Notes: generated from the letters alone by a model not told the origin. A stretch of 64,000 bases of DNA from an uncultured Chloroflexia bacterium (GCA_963814185.1 CAWFCF010000004.1:896358-960357), one strand, 5' to 3'. Shown: positions 7,778-18,154, counted from the stretch's first letter. A program made the numbers and translations.

Positions 7778-9848
7778 TTAGGACGACTCCGTTTCGCGCG
7801 GGGCGGGTAGGGTCTGCTGGAGCTGCTTGAGTTCATCCACCGGGATGTGGCAGCGAATGAAGTGTCCGTCGTCGGCTTCGCGCCACGGCGGGTTGACCTG
7901 CTCGCAGATCGTGCCGATTTTGCGCGGGCAGCGGGTGTGAAAGCGGCAGCCTTTGGGAAGGTCGGCGGGGCTGGGGATGTCGCCATCTAGCCGGATGCGC
8001 TTGCGGCTCACGGTCGGGTCGGCGACCGGGATCGCCGAAAGCAGCGCTTCGGTGTAGGGATGCGATGGCGCGGAGTAGACCTGCTTAACCGACCCCTGCT
8101 CGACGATTTCGCCCAGATACATCACCACAATCCAGTCGGCGAGGTAGCTCACCACGTCGAGATTGTGCGAGATCAGCAGATAAGACGCGCCCTGCTGCGC
8201 CCGCAGGTCCTTGAGCAGATTCAGCACCACCGACTGCACCGACACGTCCAGCGAGGAAGTCGGCTCGTCGCCCACGATCAGCGCCGGATTGGTGGCGAAG
8301 GCGCGGGCGATGGCGACCCGCTGCTTTTCGCCGCCGCTGAGTTCGGCAGGATAGCGGGTCGCGTAGGCGGCGGTGAGGCGCACCGCGTCCAGCAGGTGGA
8401 TCACCTGCTGCTGAATCTCGCTCTTGCTGCGCTTTTCCGGGACTGAGCCGCTGAATGGTGCGCCCGATCTGCTGCCCGATGGTCATGTAGGGGTTGAGCG
8501 CGTCGTTCGGATTCTGGAACACCATCTGAAGCTCGCGCAGGGCTTGACGCGGGCGCTTCCTGAGGTCGGGATCGAGCGGCAGATCGAGCAGCTCCATCTC
8601 GCCTTTGTCCGCGACTTCCAGCCCAACGATCAGCCGCGCCAGCGTGGTCTTGCCGCTGCCGCTTTCGCCGACCAAGCCGAGGGTCGAGCGGGCGCGCACC
8701 TTGACCGATACGTCGTCCACCGCGCGCACGACTTTGCCTTCAGCCATCGTCAGCCGATCCATCAAGGTCGGCTCGCCGAAATACTTGTACAGGTGGCTGG
8801 TTTGCAGCACGTAGCCCTCGCGCGGGGGCGCGCTGACTCCCTCCGCCTTCGGTGTGGTGTCGATCACCAGCGAGCCGTCGGCGATCTCGCGCCAGCGATG
8901 GCACTTGACGGTTTGACCGTCGGACGTGGTTTCCAGCGGCGGCTTGACTTGGTGGCAGATCGCCAGCGCGACCGGACAGCGCGGCGCGAACACGCAGGCG
9001 GGCGGTCGCTCCGCCAGCGACGGCGCGACGCCTTCGATGGTGGGCAGGCGAGTCTCGACGCCTTCGGTCGGGCGGGGCAGGCTCGCCAATAAGCTGATGG
9101 TGTAGGGGTGAACCGGCTGCTTGAACAGGTCGATCACCGAGGCGCTTTCCATGACCTCGCCGCCGTAGAGAACGGTCACGCGGTCGCACAACTGCGCGAC
9201 CAGCCCCAGATCGTGAGAGACGTAGAGCGCCGCCGCCTGATTGTCGCGGATCAGGTCGCGGAACAGGTCGATGATCACCGCCTGCGTGGTCACGTCGAGC
9301 GCGGTGGTCGGCTCGTCGAGGATCAGCAGGCGCGGCTGGGTGCTGAGCGCCATCGCAATGGTGACGCGCTGCTGCATCCCGCCACTCAGTTGATGGGGAT
9401 AGCGGCGCGCGGTCGCTTCGGGATCGGCGATTTTGACCTTGCGCAGCATCTCGACCGCCTGCCGCTCGGATTCGGCGTGGGACAAGCCTTGATGCAGCCG
9501 GGTCACTTCGGCGATCTGATCGACGATCTTGAAGGATGGATTGAGCGATGCCAGCGCGTCCTGCGGCACCAGACTGATCTGCTTGCCCCAGACGTGGCGC
9601 ATTTCGGCGGTGGATTTGCCGAGCAAGTCCTCGCCGTCCAGCAGCACGCGCCCGGAGGCGATCCGCTCGTTGGGCGCAAGATACTTCATCAGCGCCAGCG
9701 CCAGCGTGGATTTGCCGCTGCCACTTTCGCCGACCAGCCCGTGAATCTCCAGCGGATCGATGCTCAGCGACACATCGTTGATCACGCTCAGCCAGCGGCG
9801 GTCGAGCCGGTACTCGATATTCAGGTTTTCCGCCTGCATGACGCTCAT
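7778..9848 (-). pseudogene. fused double ATP-binding protein of the peptide ABC transporter (DppD-DppF fusion), frameshifted as sequenced
   Basis: Two Walker A sites (GESGSGKST, GESGSGKTT) and two signature motifs (LSGGMQQR, LSGGEKQR). The reading frame switches from ORF 8085..9848 to ORF 7778..8404 at ...TIQRLS/PEKRSKSEIQQQVIHLL, where there is an extra base in the GGG run 8439-8441. Length is 3n+1. Confidence 0.8.
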
Positions 9849-10780
9849 TCGATTTGACCCTCATAGCGGAAGATGCGCCGCAGCCCGTCGGCGACCAGAT
9901 TCACGCCGATGATCAGCAGGGCGATGGCTGCCGAGGGCGCCCACAGCGCCCAAGGGGTCAGCGCGTAGGAGGCGCGGGCTTCGTTGACCATGCGCCCCCA
10001 TTCCGGCGAGGGCGGCGGCACTCCCAAGCCCAGAAATCCGAGCGAGGCGGTCAGGAAGATCGCGTAGGAGAAGCGCAGCGCCGCTTCGACCGCCAGCGCG
10101 GGCAGCACGCCCGGCAGAATCTCGCGGAACAGGACGTACACGGTCAATTCGCCGCGCAGCTTCGCCGCCTCGATGAAGCCGTAGCTGCGAAGGTTCAGGG
10201 TCGCGCTGCGCACCACACGGGCGACAATCGGCGTGTAAAGCACCACGATCACGATCACGATGCCCGCCTGCGAGGGGCCGATGGTGCCGAGCATGACCAG
10301 CGCCAGCACCAGCGCCGGAATCGCCAGCAGCGCATCCAGCAGCCGCGAGATTAGGTCGTCGATCCAGCCGCCGTAGTAGCCGACGAACAAACCGAGACAG
10401 CTTCCGAAGATCACCGCCAGCAGGGTGGTGATCGCGGGCAAGCCAATCACGTCACGCGCGCCCACCAGAACCCGGCTGAACACGTCCCGCCCCAGCCGAT
10501 CCGCGCCGAAGATGAACTCCGGCGAGGGCGGGTGACGGGCGGCATGGGGGATCAGCGCGTCGTAGGGGTAGGGCGCGATCACCGGCCCGAAGATCGCCAT
10601 CAGCACGAACAGGGTGACAATGATCAAGCCGAGCAGGAAGATCGGGCGGCGGATCAGCGCGCGCAAAACCCCGCGCAGGGTGCGGAGCGCGCGCCGGGGA
10701 GCCGGGGCAAGGGTTGGGATTTCGGATTGCGCGGTCGTCATCCGGGAACAGGGGATGGGTGGGGCATGGCACAGCGCCAT
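9845..10780 (-). CDS. peptide/nickel-type ABC transporter permease (DppC/OppC-like)
   Basis: TASLGFLGLGVPPPSPEWG signature. ATGA overlap with the ATPase gene. Alternative start ATG 10741. Confidence 0.85.
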   Translation of the reverse strand: MALCHAPPIPCSRMTTAQSEIPTLAPAPRRALRTLRGVLRALIRRPIFLLGLIIVTLFVLMAIFGPVIAPYPYDALIPHAARHPPSPEFIFGADRLGRDVFSRVLVGARDVIGLPAITTLLAVIFGSCLGLFVGYYGGWIDDLISRLLDALLAIPALVLALVMLGTIGPSQAGIVIVIVVLYTPIVARVVRSATLNLRSYGFIEAAKLRGELTVYVLFREILPGVLPALAVEAALRFSYAIFLTASLGFLGLGVPPPSPEWGRMVNEARASYALTPWALWAPSAAIALLIIGVNLVADGLRRIFRYEGQIE

Positions 10781-10795
10781 GCCCCATCAAAGGCC

Positions 10796-12368
10796 TTAGC
10801 TGCCGACCGAGACCGTGCGGTAGTCGGTCAAGCCGGGGAACGGCGCCATCTCCAAGCCGTTCACGTTAGCAGCGACCGCCCCGTAGAGCGGCTCGAAGTA
10901 GGGGATAATGATCGGTCCCTGATCGGCGAAAATGGCGGCGATCTGCGAGTAGATGGCTTTACGAGCGCCGGTGTCGGCGGTCTGACTGGCTTGCGCGATC
11001 AGCGCGTCCAAATCCGAATTGCTCCAGTGGCTCTCGTTGTAGGCACCGTCGGTGGTGAATGCCTGCTGAAGCTCGCTCTGCGGCGAGGGCTGGGCGCTCC
11101 AGTTAGTCATCGCCAACTGCGCAGCGAGCCAGTTGTTCTCGTAGCCGGGATCGTAGTACTGGCTGGACGCGAGGTTTTGCAGGGTTACGTTGATGCAGCC
11201 GGTGCTGTTCCACATCTGCTGAAGCGCGGTCGCCAGATCGTTGAAGTCGAGCGTGTCCTGCGGATAGTAGAGAGTCACGTCCAGCGGATTCTTGCCCGCC
11301 TGCGTGAGCAGGTCGCACGCCATCTGCGGGTTGTAGCCCTGCGTGGCGATGCTGTCGTCGTAATAGTCCGCGAAGATCGGCGAAATCGGGTCGTTGTTAC
11401 CGACCAGCCCGTTGCCTTCCGCGACGATCTGGTTGAGCGAATCGCGGTCGGTGGCGTACTTGAACGCCTGACGCACGCGCACGTCCTCGCCCAGCGATCC
11501 GGCATCGGCGCGCACGCGGATCACCGCGTGAATGTCGCTGGCGATGTGGATCACGTTGACGCTGCTGCTGCCTTGCAGCCCGGCGACGATGGTGGTCGGG
11601 ATGCGGAATACGAAATCAACCTGACCGCTCTGAAGCGCGTCCACCTGCGCCTGCTGATCGTCCATGTAGACGAAATCCAGTTCGTCCAGCTTCGGCTCGC
11701 CCGCTTTCCAGTAATTCGGGTTGCGAACCAGCACCGCCCGCGAGCCGGGATCGAGCGATTGCAGCTTGAAGGGCCCGGTGCCGTTGAAATGGGTCAGGCT
11801 GCCGTCGCTGCCGATCACGTCGGGGGTGTCCTCGCCGTTCTTGAGGATGACCGCCTGCCGAGCGCCCACCCCGTAGAGGAAATCGGCGTTGGGCGTGGTG
11901 AGCGTGAACACCACCGTGTTATCGTCGGGCGCGCTAATGCTGAAATCGCCCAGCAGATTGAGCGCCTGCGAACTCTGGCTCACGAGGCGGTTATAAGTCC
12001 AGACCACATCCGCCGAGGTGAAGGGGGAGCCATCCTGAAAGGTGACGCCCTGCTGAAGCGTAAAGGTGTAGGTCAGCCCGTCGTCGCTGACCGTCCACGC
12101 GGACGCCAGATCGGGACCGATGGTCGAATCGGGCAGCACGTCCACCAAATAGTCGTAGATGGCGCGGTTCAGCGCGATTTCGGAGTCATCCGACTGCGCC
12201 GCCGGATCAAGCGTGCCGGGCGGCGTGTTTACCCCGACTCTGCAGCGTGCCGCCGCCTCCGGCGGTCATGTCCTGCGCGCTAACCACCAGCGCGCCCAAT
12301 AGGAACAGGGCAATGGTTACGAGAAACGCAATGTGGCGAAATGCGGTGCTGTTGAAACGAGACGCCAT
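10796..12368 (-). pseudogene. ABC transporter substrate-binding protein, family 5 (peptide/nickel), frameshifted as sequenced
   Basis: The signal-peptide part MASRFNSTAFRHIAFLVTIALFLLGALVVSAQ starts at ATG 12368 (GGAGG SD) and terminates early. The body (VGVNTPPGTLDPAAAQSDDSEIALNRAIYDYLVDVLPD...) continues in the frame of ORF 10796..12148. Frame switch near 12232-12245. Length is 3n+1. Confidence 0.8.
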
Positions 12369-12446
12369 GCTTGCCTCCATTGTGCAAAAACCGAACTCAT
12401 TTGGGTTGTGATCTGGACAGGCTCATGCAGCCTAGACGTTGATAAT

Positions 12447-12468
12447 ACGAATAATGTTACCTATTCGT
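12447..12468. promoter_or_regulatory. 7-8-7 inverted repeat (ACGAATA-N8-TATTCGT), candidate operator in the AT-rich leader of the peptide ABC operon
   Basis: Perfect 7-bp arms seen in the sequence. On the minus strand it adjoins a TATTAT -10-like hexamer, about 80-100 nt upstream of ATG 12368. Confidence 0.3.
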
Positions 12469-12588
12469 TCGATGGAGAAACCAACAACGGCACGAAATCC
12501 AATGTGTCCAGAGTTGTTTCCCCCGCGTTTCAGCGCGAACACACCCTCTCCTAATGTCTCTGTCCGTGACGAGTGTGAATTCGTTACA

Positions 12589-12786
12589 CTACTGAGGGCG
12601 GCGCATTCCGCTTTCGGAAATCAGCCCAACCACCACCACCAGCACGATGATGCCGCAGCAGACCAGCGCCACCGTCTTGCCCACGTCCGACGTGAAGAAG
12701 GCGATCACGCCCGCGACGATCATCAGCACGAGGACGATCCAGAAAATCATACGCGAACTGCTCGACAAATTCCGATACCGATTCAT
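12589..12786 (-). CDS. small hypothetical membrane protein (2 TM)
   Basis: 65 aa with two hydrophobic stretches. GAGGTG SD 5 nt before the ATG. Confidence 0.4.
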   Translation of the reverse strand: MNRYRNLSSSSRMIFWIVLVLMIVAGVIAFFTSDVGKTVALVCCGIIVLVVVVGLISESGMRRPQ

Positions 12787-13207
12787 GCGACACCTCGATC
12801 CGATTCGACGACCCCCTCAGCGCGAGGTTGTAGCACATCGTCGATTTGCTCGCCAGCGCGCCTTTACGAAATCTTGACGGCGTTTGTGCATACCCCCCAA
12901 ATTTGGGAGGTGATGTTTCTGGCAAATACCCTAGCTTTTAATAATACGTCTTGATAGAATCTTGACGCTTTCATCGTCCACAAAGATCATGTTGGCTAAT
13001 GGCTACCTTCGGATGGTCGCTGCCATCCCCAGTTGGATACTTCGTGAAATTAGCCCGGCAAATTGGGCTGGTGGTTTCACCATCCACAATCCGCAGCACA
13101 ACCCACTTTAGCAGACAGTCCCATTTATCTGGACTTCGCAGCGAGCGAGCGTGCGCTTCGGTGCGCGGATTTCCCGATCTTTGTGGCATCAAGAGGAAAA
13201 CAGAGCA

Positions 13208-15202
13208 ATGGCTGTAGACGTACGACGTTGGCTGCTTGGCAAACGGCTGCAAACCGAGGACTTACCCCATCAGTCCATCAGCAAGCGAGTGGGGCTTGCG
13301 GTCTTTGCGTCCGACGCGCTGTCCTCAACCGCCTATGCGACCGAAGAAATTCTGGTCATTCTTTCGGCGGCGGTGGGCGGCGGCGCGGTCGCATGGACGG
13401 CGCAAGGCACGACCATCTTCGGCTTGTCGATTCCGATAGCGATAGCGATTGCAATTCTGCTGGCGATTGTGACTATCTCCTACCGCCAGACCATCCTTGC
13501 CTATCCCAACGGTGGCGGCGCGTACATCGTCTCGCGCGACAATCTGGGCGAACTCCCGGCGCAGATCGCGGGGGCGGCGCTGCTCACCGACTACATCCTC
13601 ACGGTTGCCGTGAGTATTTCGTCTGGCGTTGCGCAGATTACCTCGGTGTTTCCGGGGCTGCTGTCGGTGCGCGTCGAGATCGCGGTGGTGGTCATCGGGT
13701 TGATGACGGTGGTCAATCTGCGCGGGGTCAAGGAAAGCGGGCGCATCTTCGCGGTGCCGACCTACTTCTTCCTGTCGATGATGTTCCTGACGCTGATCAT
13801 CGGGTTCGTGCGATTCATCACCGGGACGCTGCCGGTCGTGACCGGAGTTCAGGCGCTCACCAACGACGTGATCGAGCCGCTGGGCTTGTTCCTGATCCTT
13901 CGGGCATTTTCGAGCGGCTGTACGGCGCTCACCGGAATCGAGGCGATCTCGAACGGGATCACGGCGTTCAAGCAGCCGCGCAGCAAGAACGCCGCGCAGA
14001 CGCTGGTCGCCATGAGCACCATCCTGATCACCCTGTTCGTCGGCATCACCTTAATCGCCAACCAGATTCACGCGCTGCCCAGCGATACCGAAACCGTGAT
14101 CTCGCAGATGGGGCGCACGGTCTACGGCGACGGCAGCATCTTCTATCTGCTGCTGCAAGCCGGAACCGCGCTGATTCTGTTGATGGCGGGCAATACCAGC
14201 TACGCGGACTTCCCTCGATTGGCGTCGCTGGTGGCGGCGGACGGTTTCCTGCCGCGCCAACTGACCTTTCGCGGCGGGCGGCTGGTGTTCTCGTGGGGCA
14301 TCGTCGCGCTGGCGCTGCTGGCGATTGTGCTGGTGGTGGTTGCCGACGCACGCACCACTGCGCTGATCCCGCTGTACGCGATTGGCGTGTTCCTGAGCTT
14401 CACGCTCTCGCAGACCGGCATGGTGCGTCACCTGCGCAAGCTGGGTAGGATCAAGCCGGGTGAAAAAGCCGAAGGGCTGGAAACCACGCTGGAATACGAC
14501 CGCCATTGGAGGACCAAGAGCGTCATCAGCGCCGTCGGCGCGGTCAGTACCTTCGTGGTCATGCTGGTGTTTGCCATCACCAAGTTCACCAGCGGCGCGT
14601 GGTTCGTGGTGCTGCTGATCCCGACGCTGGTGTTGATCTTCTTCCGCATCCACCGCCATTACACCGAAGTCGCGCACGCCCTCAGCACCAGCGGCTTGAA
14701 CGTCACCGTTGATCTTCAGACCAGTCCGGTGCAAACGCTGATCCTCGTGGACGACGTTCACGCCGAAACCGTGCGGATGGTCAACTTCGCCAAGTCGCTC
14801 GGTCATCCGTGGCGCGCGGTGCATATCGGCGTGAATCCCGATAAGATCAAGACGGTGGAGGAGAAGTGGAAGAAGCGAATCGGCGAAGGCGAACTGGTGA
14901 TCATCCCCTCACCGTATCGTCAGCTTGCCGAGCCGCTGCGGGATTACATCCTCGGAATTCAGGAACAGCAGCCGGGCAGCTTCGTCCACGTGATCATGGG
15001 GCATCTGGTGATGGATACCTTCTGGGAGCAGGCGATGCATCAGAACAGCGCGCTGATGTTCACGCTGGCGCTGAGCCGCTTGGAGCGGGTTGCCGTGACC
15101 AGCGTCCCCTACCAGATTCACCGGTTGGACGAAGAAGGGCACGAGCAAACCAACCTCGACGGTACCGAGCAGGAAACCGAATCCGCCAAACTTTCGCACT
15201 AA
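13208..15202 (+). CDS. APC-superfamily transporter, KimA-like (putative K+/H+ symporter) with C-terminal cytoplasmic domain
   Basis: ORF 13151..15202, with the start taken at ATG 13208. Motifs LLGKRL, FASDALSSTAYATEEIL, SYRQTILAYPNGGGAYIVSRDNLGE, LLTDYILTVAVSISSG, AFSSGCTALTGIEAISNG, LIPLYAIGVFLSFTLSQTGM and HQNSALMF match my recollection of B. subtilis KimA. Confidence 0.8.
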   Translation: MAVDVRRWLLGKRLQTEDLPHQSISKRVGLAVFASDALSSTAYATEEILVILSAAVGGGAVAWTAQGTTIFGLSIPIAIAIAILLAIVTISYRQTILAYPNGGGAYIVSRDNLGELPAQIAGAALLTDYILTVAVSISSGVAQITSVFPGLLSVRVEIAVVVIGLMTVVNLRGVKESGRIFAVPTYFFLSMMFLTLIIGFVRFITGTLPVVTGVQALTNDVIEPLGLFLILRAFSSGCTALTGIEAISNGITAFKQPRSKNAAQTLVAMSTILITLFVGITLIANQIHALPSDTETVISQMGRTVYGDGSIFYLLLQAGTALILLMAGNTSYADFPRLASLVAADGFLPRQLTFRGGRLVFSWGIVALALLAIVLVVVADARTTALIPLYAIGVFLSFTLSQTGMVRHLRKLGRIKPGEKAEGLETTLEYDRHWRTKSVISAVGAVSTFVVMLVFAITKFTSGAWFVVLLIPTLVLIFFRIHRHYTEVAHALSTSGLNVTVDLQTSPVQTLILVDDVHAETVRMVNFAKSLGHPWRAVHIGVNPDKIKTVEEKWKKRIGEGELVIIPSPYRQLAEPLRDYILGIQEQQPGSFVHVIMGHLVMDTFWEQAMHQNSALMFTLALSRLERVAVTSVPYQIHRLDEEGHEQTNLDGTEQETESAKLSH

Positions 15203-15209
15203 CGTCTGC

Positions 15210-15241
15210 GAGACGCGGGCAGCCCCCGCGTCTCGTTTTTT
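15210..15241 (+). terminator. rho-independent terminator of the KimA-like gene
   Basis: GAGACGCGGG-cagcc-CCCGCGTCTC (10 bp perfect) followed by gTTTTTT. Confidence 0.8.
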
Positions 15242-17282
15242 ATCCCGCGTAAATGGGCAGGGTGACGTAGAAGGTGGTGCCTTCGCCCAGCCCGCTTTCC
15301 AGCCCGATTTGCCCGTGATGGGCTTCGATCAGCTTCTTGACGATGGCGAGTTCCAGACCCGTCCCCTCGATGTTCTCGGTTTCCGGGCGGCGCACGCGAT
15401 AGAAGCGGTCGAAGATGCGCGCCTGATCTTCCGGGCTGATGCCAATCCCGTTGTCCTTGACCATGAAGCGCAGGCTACGATCCAGCCGCTCGACCGAGAC
15501 TTTCACCCGTCCCTGCGCCTGCGTATACTTCACCGCGTTGCCGACCAGATTGCTGAAAATCTGCTGCAAGCGTTCGGGATCGCCCGCGATCTGCGGCAGA
15601 CTGTCGCTCATGGTCAGGTCGATCTGCATCGCCTTGCTTTCCGCCAGCGGCTTCACTTCGTCGATGCATTCCTGAATCAGCTTGTCCACTAGCACCGCCT
15701 GAACTTCCAACTCGATGCCCGACTCGATCTTGGCGAGGTCGAGCACGTCGTCGATCAGATGGCGCATGTGTTCAATCGAGCGCCCGATCATCTGGGCGAA
15801 GTTCTCGCCGCGAATGTCCAGCTTCTGGCTCATTTGCAGCAGTTCGAGGTAGCCGTTCATCACGCTGAGCGGCTGCTTGAGGTCGTGCGAGACGGTGGCG
15901 ACCAGCTCGCGCTTGAGTTCGTCGGTCTGCTTCAGCGGCGTGATGTCGTGCATCACAATGATCCAGCCGATGTCCGGGTGGGGCGAGAGTTCGGCGTAGT
16001 AGCTGCGCCCGTCGTTGATGGTGATCTCCTCCAGCATGATCTGCCCGGAAGAAGTCGCCTGCTGGATCACCGGGAGCAGCGGGGTATCGCTCAGCGCTTC
16101 GCTAAACGGTCGCCCGACGTAGCTTCCGTCGGGATGCAGACTCAGCGCGGCGATTGCCGACTGGTTGATCAGCACCATGCGGTCATCCTCGCCAATGACG
16201 ATCACGATGTCCGCGATTTCGCTGAGGATGTGCGACAGCTTTTCGCGCTCCCGCACCGATTCGCTGTACAGGCGCGCATTGTCGATGGCGACGCCCGCCC
16301 GCGCCGCGAGCTTGGCGACGAAGCCCAAGTGCTCGTCGGTGAAGGCGTTGAGGCGGCGGCTTTCCAGCGTAATCACGGCGATCACGCGGTCTTCGCGCAT
16401 CACCGGAACCGACATGTGCGCGCGAATCACGCTGGAGACAGCGATGTAATCGCTGTCGGTGGACACGTCCGGGATCAGTTCGGCGTGACCGGAGCGGGCG
16501 ACCCGCAGCGCGATTCCGCCATAGCTGGCGCGCAGGGTGGTGGCTTCGTCCACGCCGCCTTCGTAACCCATGTCGGCGACGAAGCGCAGTTCATCACTGG
16601 CTTCGTTGTACAGCGAAAGCGATGCGCTCTGCGCCAGCGTGTAGCGCTGCGCCCAGTCCAGCGTGAGGTCGAACACGCGCTGCAAGCGAATGGTGTCGCT
16701 CAGTTCGCGGTCGATCTGGCGCATGGTTTCCAGCTCGCGCATCCGGGCGTCGAGTTCGGTGACGGTTTCGGTGTACAGCCGCGCGTTGGCGCAGGCGATT
16801 TCGGCGTTGACCTGAATCCCGTCGATCAGATCGCGGGCGTCGGACGTAATCGGCACTCGATTGGACGGATTGTCCGCAAGGATCACGCCCGCCAGCGTCT
16901 CCGAGTTGTGCAGGGGCAGGCTGTAGAAGCCGTCCATTCCCAGCGCTTGCAGAAACGGTTGCAGCGGCGACTGGTCGGTGACTTCGCCAGGCACCGACCT
17001 GTAAGACCGATGCTGTAGCCACGCATCGATCACCGGATCGTTCTGGTGGTAGATGGAAAAGCTGCTCTCAACTTCCGAGTTGTCCTCGTCGGCAATCGCC
17101 GCGATTGAGAGCGTCGCATTTTCATCGTCGGCAATGAGCACCACGACTCGCTCGCAGTGGGCGAGTTCGCGGGTGAACCGCGCCAATTCGGACACGGCGG
17201 CTTTCAGGCTCAAGACCTTGCCGATACGGATCGTGAGCGCATTTGCGGCTTGCAATTGATCAGTCAAAGCGAACGCTTCCAT
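15240..17282 (-). CDS. sensor histidine kinase with GAF and PAS domains
   Basis: H-box VSHDLKQPLSVMNGYLELL, N-box NLVGNAVKYT, G1 DNGIGI, G2 GTGLELAIV. The N-terminal two-thirds are GAF/PAS-like. No TM segment seen. Confidence 0.85.
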   Translation of the reverse strand: MEAFALTDQLQAANALTIRIGKVLSLKAAVSELARFTRELAHCERVVVLIADDENATLSIAAIADEDNSEVESSFSIYHQNDPVIDAWLQHRSYRSVPGEVTDQSPLQPFLQALGMDGFYSLPLHNSETLAGVILADNPSNRVPITSDARDLIDGIQVNAEIACANARLYTETVTELDARMRELETMRQIDRELSDTIRLQRVFDLTLDWAQRYTLAQSASLSLYNEASDELRFVADMGYEGGVDEATTLRASYGGIALRVARSGHAELIPDVSTDSDYIAVSSVIRAHMSVPVMREDRVIAVITLESRRLNAFTDEHLGFVAKLAARAGVAIDNARLYSESVREREKLSHILSEIADIVIVIGEDDRMVLINQSAIAALSLHPDGSYVGRPFSEALSDTPLLPVIQQATSSGQIMLEEITINDGRSYYAELSPHPDIGWIIVMHDITPLKQTDELKRELVATVSHDLKQPLSVMNGYLELLQMSQKLDIRGENFAQMIGRSIEHMRHLIDDVLDLAKIESGIELEVQAVLVDKLIQECIDEVKPLAESKAMQIDLTMSDSLPQIAGDPERLQQIFSNLVGNAVKYTQAQGRVKVSVERLDRSLRFMVKDNGIGISPEDQARIFDRFYRVRRPETENIEGTGLELAIVKKLIEAHHGQIGLESGLGEGTTFYVTLPIYAG

Positions 17283-17350
17283 CGGGAGCTTATTAATTGC
17301 TATCCTCTAATGTCTATTATACGCATGACCTGATTTCCTACGTGTCTAAA

Positions 17351-17379
17351 TTGTCGATTTACGCAAAGTTTTGTAAGAT
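17351..17379 (+). promoter_or_regulatory. candidate promoter of the XRE/TPR genes (TTGTCG-17 nt-TAAGAT)
   Basis: Hexamers read from the sequence, with a GGAGGTG SD at 17391-17397. A TATAAT on the opposite strand at 17316-17321 may serve the kinase gene. Confidence 0.35.
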
Positions 17380-17399
17380 AACAGGCAAACGGAGGTGCG

Positions 17400-18146
17400 A
17401 TGAGCGAATTCAAAGAGATTTCGGCGCGCTTCAAAAAGGCGCAGGAACAGCAAGCCGAGCCGCCGCCCGCCATCGACTTTGACGAATCATTTCGGATTCG
17501 CGCCAAGATGGTCGGTGTGCTGCTGATGGACGCTCGTCGCAAAGCCGGGCGCTCGGTGGAGGACTGCGCCAATCTGATCCACGTGAGTGCGGATCAGCTC
17601 CAGCGCTGGGAATACGGCGAAGACGCGCCCTCGCTGCCGCAGTTGGAGCTGCTGGCGTTCTACCTCGACGTTCCGGTCAGCCATTTCTGGGGCATGGATA
17701 CGCTAAAATTGAGCGGCGAGAAATACGACAGCGCCCAGAGCGAGTATCTGTCCCTGCGCGACCGGATGATCGGTGCGCTGCTGGGCATCGCCCGCGAAGA
17801 AGCCGGGATCACGGTCGAGACGCTTGCCGAAGAAACCGGTGTCCCGGCGGAGCAGATCATCCGCTACGAATTGGGCGAGGCGTCGGTGCCGATGCACGAA
17901 CTCACCGTGCTTTCCAACGCGCTCAAGAAGAACATCAGCTATTTCCTCGAAAGCGGGAGTCATTTAGGCGACTGGCTGGCGATGCGCGAGGAGTGGAAAC
18001 ACTTCACCGAACTGCCGCCCGATCTGCGTAAGTTCGCCGCCAACCCGCTCAATATCGGCTTTCTCGAAATCGCTATCCTGTTTAGCCAAATGCCCGCCGA
18101 CAAGCTCCGTCGCGTCGGCGAAAGTGTTCTGAATATCTCGATGTAG
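17400..18146 (+). CDS. XRE-family transcriptional regulator with two helix-turn-helix domains
   Basis: Two HTH_XRE-like units: RKAGRSVEDCANLIHVSADQLQRWEYGEDAPSLPQLELLAFYLDV and REEAGITVETLAEETGVPAEQIIRYELGEASVPMHELTVLSNAL. Confidence 0.75.
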   Translation: MSEFKEISARFKKAQEQQAEPPPAIDFDESFRIRAKMVGVLLMDARRKAGRSVEDCANLIHVSADQLQRWEYGEDAPSLPQLELLAFYLDVPVSHFWGMDTLKLSGEKYDSAQSEYLSLRDRMIGALLGIAREEAGITVETLAEETGVPAEQIIRYELGEASVPMHELTVLSNALKKNISYFLESGSHLGDWLAMREEWKHFTELPPDLRKFAANPLNIGFLEIAILFSQMPADKLRRVGESVLNISM

Positions 18147-18154
18147 GGGGTGGA

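Noticed and set aside
13101-13109. A shared 9-mer, ACCCACTTT, in both KimA-like leaders (also at 49527..49535).
   Set aside because: The distances to the start codons differ (99 vs 61 nt). A single 9-mer match between two ~250-nt sequences is expected by chance with a probability of roughly 0.2. This is not evidence for a common motif.
12960-13207. A ydaO-type c-di-AMP riboswitch upstream of the KimA-like genes (also examined at 49326..49595).
   Set aside because: I looked for the conserved blocks I remember from the ydaO motif (ACGGGGA.CC, GGGGTGAATC, CCCGAA.CCG.CAGCTAAC.TCGTAAGCG) on the sense strand of both leaders and found none. A covariance-model scan would be decisive.
12333-13252. 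Small ORFs in the AT-rich intergenic stretch (12333..12554, 12439..12954, 12584..12925, 12647..12877, 12971..13252, 12999..13217, 13063..14448).
   Set aside because: They have no SD or motif support, overlap each other, and have atypical composition. Only the 65-aa two-TM ORF 12589..12786, which has a GAGGTG SD, was kept, at low confidence.
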